A stretch of 64,000 nucleotides of DNA from Candidatus Margulisiibacteriota bacterium. Its GTDB lineage: Bacteria > Margulisbacteria > WOR-1 > O2-12-FULL-45-9. The DNA is taken from assembly GCA_034723395.1 (NCBI GenBank), contig JAYEOW010000029.1:86828-150827 (forward strand). Reading direction: 5' to 3'. The notes under the pieces were generated by a model, which ran no database searches, was not told the origin of the DNA, and saw only the letters and a program-made list of their open reading frames with translations. The translations under genes were made by a program, and so were the position numbers. Numbering within the stretch: the stretch's first letter is position 1; each line of letters begins with the position of its first letter. Shown piece after piece: positions 44,802-53,100 of this stretch.

Positions 44802-47128
44802 TATACTGGACCTCCCTTGAGAACAAGGCTGGATACTTTGGCCATTAGCATAGGATATTGTAATTGGACATCCGGATCGGATGAATATTCGGCAAGTATC
44901 CTGCTGAGATTTTGCACGACAGTTTGTAGGTCTTTTGCAGTTAACATGTCAGGTTTTGTGAATAGATCCTGCTGGACAGTTAACATATAAGTGATCACGC
45001 TTGCCCGGTTTTGGAGATCAAATTCGCCAGCTTTAGGCAGTAACGTTACATCATCAAGCGTGCTCTCGGGTATTTCCGGCGCCTTGGGGGCGGCAGGCTT
45101 GAATGATGGCTGAAGGGTTCTTTTTGCGATCGCCGCTCCACTTGGCCTTGGTTCCACCCCTTTTTTTGCCGGTTTTTGGCCAGCCAGGGCATCTTCTTCA
45201 GGGACCTTTTGCATCGCAGTCGGCTCAAATGCCGCCGGAGCAAAGGATCCCGGGGTTCTTGGGGTAGCTTCGGTTTTTGTTTTACCATTTGAACCGCTCA
45301 GGGGTTTAAAGGCGGATGAGACGTCGGCCATAGAGTGGAAGTTGTGTTCCGGATCGTGCGATATCATCTTGGTTACGATCTTGCGCAATCCCTCATGAGG
45401 AATGTCTTCTAGAGGAATGTCTTCTAGGGCTTTTTGAAGCATTGCCTGATATTTTGGCTCACCCGGATTTACCAAATATTTCATGTAGAATTCAGATTGT
45501 TTCAGGCTTTTTAACGGATTTTCTCCGGTTATACATTCGAGCATGGTAATTCCAAGCTCGTAGATGTCAATTAAAGCGTTCAATCCTTTTTGGGTCTTTG
45601 CTATTACAGAGTAGGCGTAAGGGGCCATATAGTACGGGCTCCCGACGACATGCTGTCCGGCGGTCAGGGTCGCTTCGGTAGTATCTTTGGCAATACCAAA
45701 ATCGATAATAACCACTTTTTCTTTGCCTTGAGCGTCTTTGGTGAGCACCAGGTTTTTTGGTTTAATATCCCGGTGATAAATGTCGTGTTGATGGGCATAA
45801 CTTAAGGCGTCGATTACCGGAGCAAAGAGCTTGATGGCGCGTTTGTGGGTAAGGCCGGTTTTGGCGATGCCATCGAGGTTTGGCGCCGGATCGTCTGAAC
45901 CGGGCTTATCAGGGACAAACTCGGTTACGATAAAAATATCCCCCGCCTCCTTGAGCTGGCTGATCTCGAAGGTGTGTTTAAATTTTTCCGGTCTAGTAAT
46001 GTTTGGAAATTTAACGTCTATATTTGTGTCTACGGTCGAACAGATATTAGGATGCTTTATTTTCTTGCCAGAGGTGAATTCGAGCCATGCGCGCTGTAAA
46101 AATGCCATGACCGTGTTTTTTGATTCTTCGGATTCCGAAATAGCCCCTTTTGCGGCAGTTGATACCTTTAGCGCGTATTTGTGCCCGGTTACGTTTTCAA
46201 CCAGAAGGACTTCGCCCATTCCGCCTTTTCCAATAACGCCTAACTCTTTATAATGGGAGAGGGTCCCCGAATAATCGAAAGCGGCCTGGTCAACGCCTCC
46301 AGTTTGAGGCAGGTCCATGCTATCAAGCGGGATAATTTCATCCGCAGCAGTTTTTCCGCCGGTAACCGCCCTGTCGACTGCGGCATCCAGTTTTTCTCTA
46401 TGCTCAGGAATAAACAGTTCGGTTACTTTGGTCCCTGCTTCGGTTGTTTTTGGTCTTCCATCAGCTCTGGTATAAGGGAGAAGCGCCTTCGCGAGAATAT
46501 CCTCGTTATCAGTAAATGCATCATAAATTACTTTTTCTGCTTTTGATTTGATAATTTTTGTCGCGGCAAAATGGGTTATTCCGCCCAGGATAGCGCCAAG
46601 AAGCGCGTTGCTTCCAACAAGAACTCCAGCTGCGGCGGCCGCGCTTTTTCCTAATATTAACGGAAAGAATATTCCAACGCTGGCAAAAACGCTGACAAAA
46701 GGGAGGGCCGCCCCGATCGCGATCGGAAGGGCATATATTAAGGCTTTCCATTTTCCCGCCAACTTCGGTCCTGAAAAATTAGTGATCGCCTGGTCTATTT
46801 CTGCTACTTTTGCTTCTTGTCCGGGTGGGGGGAGGGGATCCACTTTCATAGTAGTTTTTGCGGGCGGATGTGGTGCTGTTGTAGTTGCGCCGGTTTTGGT
46901 GTTTATCTCTCCGCTTACCGATATGTTTGGGTTGCCTTTTAAAAGCGAATCAGGAGCTTTTGGACCGCCGGATGAAGGAACGGTTCCCATTATCATCCAA
47001 AGCGGAGCGGTTAATAGCTGAAATAATTTTGGGTGGCGCTGAGAAAAAGGATTTCTCTGTTGTTTTGGCGGCGCCATTTTCTTTTGCAACTGATTTAATC
47101 TTACCGGGCTAATATATCTTCCGATCAT
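44801..47128 (-). CDS. Hanks-type Ser/Thr protein kinase with N-terminal hydrophobic hairpin
   Basis: GKGGMGEV, YALKV, HRDIKPKN, IDFG, GSPYYMAP, DIYELG; two TM-like segments before the kinase domain; start reassigned to ATG 47128 (GGGAGG SD). Confidence 0.88.
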   Translation of the reverse strand: MIGRYISPVRLNQLQKKMAPPKQQRNPFSQRHPKLFQLLTAPLWMIMGTVPSSGGPKAPDSLLKGNPNISVSGEINTKTGATTTAPHPPAKTTMKVDPLPPPGQEAKVAEIDQAITNFSGPKLAGKWKALIYALPIAIGAALPFVSVFASVGIFFPLILGKSAAAAAGVLVGSNALLGAILGGITHFAATKIIKSKAEKVIYDAFTDNEDILAKALLPYTRADGRPKTTEAGTKVTELFIPEHREKLDAAVDRAVTGGKTAADEIIPLDSMDLPQTGGVDQAAFDYSGTLSHYKELGVIGKGGMGEVLLVENVTGHKYALKVSTAAKGAISESEESKNTVMAFLQRAWLEFTSGKKIKHPNICSTVDTNIDVKFPNITRPEKFKHTFEISQLKEAGDIFIVTEFVPDKPGSDDPAPNLDGIAKTGLTHKRAIKLFAPVIDALSYAHQHDIYHRDIKPKNLVLTKDAQGKEKVVIIDFGIAKDTTEATLTAGQHVVGSPYYMAPYAYSVIAKTQKGLNALIDIYELGITMLECITGENPLKSLKQSEFYMKYLVNPGEPKYQAMLQKALEDIPLEDIPHEGLRKIVTKMISHDPEHNFHSMADVSSAFKPLSGSNGKTKTEATPRTPGSFAPAAFEPTAMQKVPEEDALAGQKPAKKGVEPRPSGAAIAKRTLQPSFKPAAPKAPEIPESTLDDVTLLPKAGEFDLQNRASVITYMLTVQQDLFTKPDMLTAKDLQTVVQNLSRILAEYSSDPDVQLQYPMLMAKVSSLVLKGGPV

Positions 47129-47188
47129 TCTAATTATTCCTCCCAATCTATATTGTTCTTGCCCTAAAGGCACACTATCTCTATGTAT

Positions 47189-47216
47189 TTATCGGTAAGT
47201 TATCCATATAATTTCA
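47189..47216 (-). promoter_or_regulatory. Sigma-28-like promoter motif, copy 8
   Basis: TGAAATTA-tatggataactta-CCGATAA. Confidence 0.72.
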
Positions 47217-47321
47217 CTTTTTCGTCAAATTCTTTTTGGAAATTTTCCCGCGTTCATTATATATGTTGATGTTACGCGGGATCCCGCAGAGCGGGACACT
47301 TTTATGGGAAATAATTGTTAA

Positions 47322-47353
47322 GTAGTTTTGTAGTATTGTAGTGTTGTAGTTTT
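47322..47353 (+). repeat. 8-bp tandem repeats (GTAGTNTT)x4 upstream of the four-helix-bundle gene
   Basis: gtagtttt gtagtatt gtagtgtt gtagtttt. Confidence 0.8.
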
Positions 47354-47473
47354 GGGGGTAATTGTCGAGATATTTTAGGTTTCAGCTGTGTTTGTGAGGG
47401 GGCAATGGGATTGCTATTCTATTCTTAAGTAGGATCGTAGTGTTGCAGTTAATAGTATAGGAGGAGATGGGAG

Positions 47474-47809
47474 ATGAATGGTTTTAAGGATTTGATAGTG
47501 TGGCAGAAGGGGTATGAGTTGTCGTTGTTGGTATATAAAATAACTAATAATTATCCAATGCGCTCCTGTTCAATTTCGGTTCCTGCTAACATTTCCGAGG
47601 GTTATGAGAGAAGAAGTAAAAAGGAGTATCTCTATTTTCTAAATGTAGCTAAGGGATCATTAGGTGAGCTGGAAACCTATTTATTGCTTTCTCGGGATTT
47701 GAATTTTATTAATGAGAATGAATGGAGAGAGCTAGAAGATCTGCGAGAAATAACTCTGCGCCTCCTAAGGGGTTTGATGAGGTCCGTTAGAGACAAGCTT
47801 AACCTTTAA
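47474..47809 (+). CDS. Four-helix-bundle protein (23S rRNA IVP family), apparently with an internal deletion
   Basis: FKDLIVWQKG, SVPANISEG, FLNVAKGSLGELET; the usual E.YGLTSQ segment between NYP and MR is absent. Confidence 0.8.
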   Translation: MNGFKDLIVWQKGYELSLLVYKITNNYPMRSCSISVPANISEGYERRSKKEYLYFLNVAKGSLGELETYLLLSRDLNFINENEWRELEDLREITLRLLRGLMRSVRDKLNL

Positions 47810-47861
47810 CCGGTACTTTTCCATACTGAGTTTTACATTATATATAAGTGGGGGCGGGGAT

Positions 47862-47923
47862 GTAGTCTTGTAGTGTTGTAGTGTAGGAACCAATACTACG
47901 ATACTACCACACTACAGCACTAC
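47862..47923. repeat. 8-bp repeats in direct then inverted orientation downstream of the four-helix-bundle gene
   Basis: gtagtctt gtagtgtt gtagtgta ... aatactac gatactac cacactac agcactac. Confidence 0.8.
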
Positions 47924-47931
47924 TAAATCGC

Positions 47932-49533
47932 TCAGTCCCCCCAAAGCGAGATTGGGATCGAAGTGGTGTTTGTCTGATAGTTCTCGTCGGTAATTGTTAA
48001 GTATGCGGTGTGGGCAGCGTTGTTTCCCGCTCCCGGATTAGGATAGGCGTGAGAAAATAGTCCGGTTGCGTTGGATTCGGCCGGTGACCCGTCGCCGTAG
48101 AATAGCTCATAATTAATGATGCCGGCGCCAATTGGCGAGTAACTGTGGGTGGCGTCAAAATCGATGTTATAGCCGGAACCAGGGCCGCTGGCTGGATTAT
48201 GGGCAGCGGTGATGGCCGGCATAGGGACAGACTGACCATATACTTCTAATGTCCTGATATAATAATTTGTTGTTTCATTATCTCCGGCAGTAACCAGACA
48301 TTTAAAAGCGTAATTTCCCAGAAGATCAAAAGTATATGGAAGGAGAGTTGCTCCTGCGAAATTTTCGATCGTCTGTCCGTTGCCGTTTGGCCCCGGACGG
48401 GTAATTGTCCAGGAAAAGGTCGCCGCTGGATCGTCGGAATTACAGATAATATTCGGGTTCTCTGCTGTATCATCCAAACCGTAGGAATAGTTTAAATAAC
48501 CGATGGTAACTGATGGTATTTCGGTATTAGTTGAAGGGTTGTTAATAACCAAACCTGCAGCGGCCGATTCGGGAATTAGAAAGGCGTTGGTGGATTTATC
48601 CTTAACTTTGATCCCGATCGGATAGTATCCGGGATTCCATTCGTTAGTGGTATTAATATCCGCATAAAATGTGTTTAGCCCGGGAGTGGCTTCGTACGAC
48701 TGATTATTAATAATGAAAAAGACCTGGAGATGGCCAGCTTCGGCCACTGGTGTATCATTGCAGTCAAAGATCGCTTCCATCGGGAAGAAGAGAGAGGCCG
48801 ATTCTCCGGGAATGACTTCAGAGGGATCAACCTGAACTCTATATCCGGGGGTGACCTTTGGTTTTGGATAAAGATCGCAGGTATCTTGAGGCGGAGTAGA
48901 AAACTCAAGCTGAGTATAAATGAATTTTTCCAATAGCAGCTCTCCGCTTGAGTCTCTGATCTCAGCCCTGATCGGCGGGCCCCAGATCTCATTGGCAACG
49001 ATCGATGCGGAGAAGATTTTCGTATCGGTATCATAGGCCATGGGGACGCCAACCGCAGTATCGCCGGAATCTAATGAAGAGTTTGCAAATAGGGTAACGG
49101 TAAGCGCAGCAGGATCATCAACACATTCGGGCTTGGTAATCGCGAGATCAAAGGAGACGGTTGAACCCAGCTCTATCTTTCCCGAAGAGTTGAAGCTTGA
49201 AGCGTTGACCGTCAGGTTGCCGAAGGCGGAGTCTAAAGAGGTACAGCTTTCGTTAACATTCCCGCCGGTGATCCATTCCCCGCAGCCGACGGCTCCATCG
49301 GACTTTGAGGTCCAGAGATTCTTAACACCATTTACCAGGCGCTTGTACCAGGCCGGTTTGGCATTTGATTCGATCGCGGCGTGGAACTCGATCGCGAGCG
49401 GAGAGGCATATTTAACGTCTTCCGGAGCGCTCGGTTCTGGAGAAACGCACTGCTGGGAATTCATGTCGTAGGCGCTGACTAATTCCCCGTTTCTGTAAAT
49501 ATTGTATATTCCATTATCTCCAGCGATATCCAT
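47932..49533 (-). CDS. Orphan Ig/PKD-domain protein with AVGCG-type N-terminal leader (533 aa)
   Basis: C-terminal PKD-like FDATHSYSP...YGDGS...HAYPNPG...LTITDE; leader shared with 41499-42536. Confidence 0.72.
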   Translation of the reverse strand: MDIAGDNGIYNIYRNGELVSAYDMNSQQCVSPEPSAPEDVKYASPLAIEFHAAIESNAKPAWYKRLVNGVKNLWTSKSDGAVGCGEWITGGNVNESCTSLDSAFGNLTVNASSFNSSGKIELGSTVSFDLAITKPECVDDPAALTVTLFANSSLDSGDTAVGVPMAYDTDTKIFSASIVANEIWGPPIRAEIRDSSGELLLEKFIYTQLEFSTPPQDTCDLYPKPKVTPGYRVQVDPSEVIPGESASLFFPMEAIFDCNDTPVAEAGHLQVFFIINNQSYEATPGLNTFYADINTTNEWNPGYYPIGIKVKDKSTNAFLIPESAAAGLVINNPSTNTEIPSVTIGYLNYSYGLDDTAENPNIICNSDDPAATFSWTITRPGPNGNGQTIENFAGATLLPYTFDLLGNYAFKCLVTAGDNETTNYYIRTLEVYGQSVPMPAITAAHNPASGPGSGYNIDFDATHSYSPIGAGIINYELFYGDGSPAESNATGLFSHAYPNPGAGNNAAHTAYLTITDENYQTNTTSIPISLWGD

Positions 49534-50088
49534 TTATACCACGACCTCTCCAATCTTTAACTTTTTTAACAGTTTTACTTGTAATTTATGCGGAACCTTT
49601 TGGGCATCCAGTTCTCTTTTTAACGCTGTAATATCATCATCATTTTTTACGAGCGATTTCAGTTGATTTATACTTTTTCGTTTTTTTACAAAACGGACCA
49701 GTTTTTCGACCCCCAGGGTCAAGAACCCTCCAACTACGCCGATCGTCCCAATCGCGGCGGCGGCAAAGCTCGAAGCTGCCAGGAGCAATGCTCCGCCAAC
49801 GGCGACCCCGGCGGCGCCGATGGCTTTGGCGGTTGAAAACCTGACTTCGGGTTTCTTAGATGGCTCTACGATGTTTTTTGCGTCCACAATTACTTCGATG
49901 CCGGAGAGAACGGTTAAAATAGCGCCTGGAGCGATCGCTCCCAATCCCCAGATACCTACGGCGGCGGTTGGGATAACAAAGCCGGGTCTTTTCCTGGCAA
50001 AACGTACAGTCGCATAAGGAGAACGCGCGCTGTTATTATACTTCCGGACGGCAGTTCTTACTCGTGATGGTAATGTTGTTGCGATCAT
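49534..50088 (-). CDS. Orphan membrane protein (184 aa)
   Basis: Gly/Ala-rich hydrophobic segments; GGAGG SD; motif copy 9 upstream. Confidence 0.68.
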   Translation of the reverse strand: MIATTLPSRVRTAVRKYNNSARSPYATVRFARKRPGFVIPTAAVGIWGLGAIAPGAILTVLSGIEVIVDAKNIVEPSKKPEVRFSTAKAIGAAGVAVGGALLLAASSFAAAAIGTIGVVGGFLTLGVEKLVRFVKKRKSINQLKSLVKNDDDITALKRELDAQKVPHKLQVKLLKKLKIGEVVV

Positions 50089-50107
50089 GCTGTTTCCTCC
50101 TAATACA

Positions 50108-50135
50108 TTATCGACACTTTTCGGGTAAAATTTCA
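50108..50135 (-). promoter_or_regulatory. Sigma-28-like promoter motif, copy 9
   Basis: TGAAATTT-tacccgaaaagtg-TCGATAA. Confidence 0.75.
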
Positions 50136-50143
50136 GCTAAAAT

Positions 50144-53100
50144 TTAAAAGCGGAGCAGCCAATTGAAACCGAGTCCCCAGCTCCAATACTTGAAGGTAGT
50201 AGTGTTCTGGTGAGATACGTTGCCGGTAAGCTGGATCCTGCCGTATTTTCCCATGTTATACTCAAGCCCAAGCCCCCACTGCCACGGGCCGGTGCCAATG
50301 GTGCGATGGGTGGTTATCCCTTGTGCCGGGTTATATTCCCGCTCATAAATTGGAATATTTACAAAGGCGCGTATTTTTAGCAAATTATGGCTGATTCTCG
50401 GCTTGAGGAGTTCGGCTAAGTCGAGTTCGTAATTTAAGCCGAGGGCCAAGGAGCGCCGATTGCGGGTCTCTTCGTTCCCGGTGTTGTTTAAGAAGACAAA
50501 ATTATATAAATTCAGAATGAGCCCAACTTTGATCTGGGCAAACGGATTCTTGGTCGCCCCAATATTACCCATAATACTTAGATAGTGGGTGTCAAGCAGC
50601 TTGTTTTCGATGTTCTTGTTCCAGGAATACGCGGCGGTAAAATATTTGCCCCAGTAGCTGAGGGATAGGCCGATATCGGGCCTTCTGAAATAGAGCGGTT
50701 TAACCGCGGCAGCGTTTTCTGATCCTCCTGATCTCAATGGTAGATACTTGGGAATCAAAGCCTTCCATTTAAAATCGAGGGTAACCCGTTTTTTAAGAAA
50801 ATCGGGTTTAAGTTTTAAGCCAAGATAGGTGTTGTTGACGGTCGAGCGGCCCCGGATGTCGGTGCGGTGGTCGGTAAAGTTTTGGGCATACAGGGTTAAT
50901 TGGTCCCGCCAAACCGGAAGTCTTAACGTAATTCCAAGGCGGGTTTCGATAGCGCTCACGTCGTTAAACATTTCAAAACCGGTCGTGATATGCGGTTCAT
51001 AAACATCCTGCTTCATTCTTAAAAGCGGCCCTTTTAATTCTTCCGGCGGGACCAGGATCCGCTTGTAAAGTTTCAGCGCTTTGGAGAGCCGGACCCAGGC
51101 CAAACTATTGTTCCCTTCCTGCTGCTCGAGTTTGGCTAACCCAAAATTGAGTTTGGTCATTAAAACATCACGGTCTTCGTTAAGCACCGGAAGTTTTAAC
51201 GCCCATCCCTCCGCCTTTTCGTAATTTGTTTTGGAAAGCTGATAATCTCTCTTTCCTTTAGCGAAGCGGTAGAGTTCGCCTAAGCCGAAGAAGGTGGAGG
51301 TCATGGCGATCTTGGCATCTTTTGAATATTCGGTTAACCCTTCAAGGGTGGTTCGAGCCTGGTTGTACCATTTTTCGGAGAGATCGTATTTTTCGGTCTT
51401 CCATGCTTTGCCTTTGCTTGGTTGGAACTTAGGATTTTTCCAGTCGGCCAAGTAGATATCTCCACGGCTGACGTAAACCTGCCCTTGAAAGATCTTCTTT
51501 AGATCTCCATAAGGAAGAGTGTCGGGGATATTCTTGGTGGCTTTAAGAATTCTAGTTAATTCCCTTAGTGACAACCGATAGAATTTTGTACTTTGTGCTG
51601 CTTTTCCTTTACGCCCTAATTTCCCGGCAAGCCAGCTGTAAGCGTTAGCGATCTTTAACCAGAGTTTGTATTTGAATTTTAAGAAGCTGATCGGCCGCCC
51701 TTTTAAGGTAAACAGTTTTTTTATCTTCCCCAGGTGGTATTTTTGATACTTGAGGCCAAGCTCGACCATCTTTTTAAACCTCTTTTCGTAAGATAATCCT
51801 TCCATTTGGTCGAGGATCAGCCGGGTATAAAGGTTGGGATCGAGATCTTCTTGGCGAGCCTGGAAGATCGCTCTTTGTAATGAGAGTTTCATTACCGAAC
51901 CCGAAGTGCGGGTTTTTCTCATGGTTAGTTCGGCCTTAACTAAAAGATATGCAGGATAAAGCTCGCTGTCTTTCTTAATTACTTGATCAAGCAGGGCTTT
52001 GGGGATCCCGTCCCCATTTGATACTTTTGACGCTTCAGCAAACTTTTTCCTCCAGATCAGCGTTTCGGCCAGCTTGAGATAGAGGATTGCCCTAAATCGG
52101 GGATAAACATTAGCGACGTCCTTTATCTTGGTAAGGGAATCCTTTAACGCCTTTGGCAGCGATCCGTTTTCAACTTTCTGCCCAAGGAGATATTTGGTGA
52201 TAAAGATGATCTTATCGTGCCAATCTTCGTTGGTGCCGTAGGCTTCGATCAGGGCGCTGATCGCACGGGTAATAAGGAAGGATCCCACGGCCTGGTTGTT
52301 AAGCACGTCGGGGACGGCAAGCTCTAGAGCGGCAACATTTTTGTTCGAATAGTTTTCGCCCTTGCGCATCTTAGCTTCGGCGATCCCCAGTTTAATGCGT
52401 GCTTTGAGATCAGGGTGGGGGAAGGACTTTCTGATCGCCGCTAAAAGCGCGTTATATTTATCGATCGCTAATTGATGGTGTCCCTGCTGACTATAAATAT
52501 CGGCGCGAATTGCGCGGGCGCCATAATTTTGCGGGAAGATGTTGATCGCCTTATTAATTTCGACCAGGGCTTTGGACAGTTTTTTCTGTAATAAGTAGAT
52601 CTCGCCCTGGGTTTGCAGCGCGTACGAAAGTTGAGGGCCCCTTAAGATATCCGGGCCGAGAGCTTTGGAGATATGTTTTTGGGCAATAACCAGGATTCTT
52701 CTTCTTGCTTGGGTGGTATCTGAATTGCCGGCTTCGATGTATAAGATCTTTGCCAGCCAGAGGTTGATATCGGCCCTGGTCTGCGGGCTGGCGTTTTTAA
52801 GCGCTTTTATAAGATAAGCTTTGGCGCTGGTTAAGAATTTAGCAGAAGCGGTCCTACTACCAAGATTTAGGGTGATAAATGCCTGCTGGGCAAGGGCTTC
52901 AGAAAGGGCGGTAAGCACATCCGATAAGATATCGGGATCGATCCCGATTTTTGCTACGATCCGCAGCATCCTTTCGATGATTTTGATCTTTTGTTTTTGG
53001 ATCTTGAGGTATTGGTTGGGGTGTCCCTTTCTCTGTTCCTGAAGGTTCACCAGTTCCAATTTGGCCAGCCAGATCCTGGTATACGCATTGATCTGCTTAA

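Noticed and set aside
47474..47809. Diversity-generating retroelement (the four-helix bundle resembles Avd)
   Set aside because: No reverse transcriptase and no template/variable repeat pair with adenine-specific mismatches seen in the window.
47322..47923. CRISPR array
   Set aside because: Repeats are 8-nt tandem units without unique spacers, and no cas genes are present.
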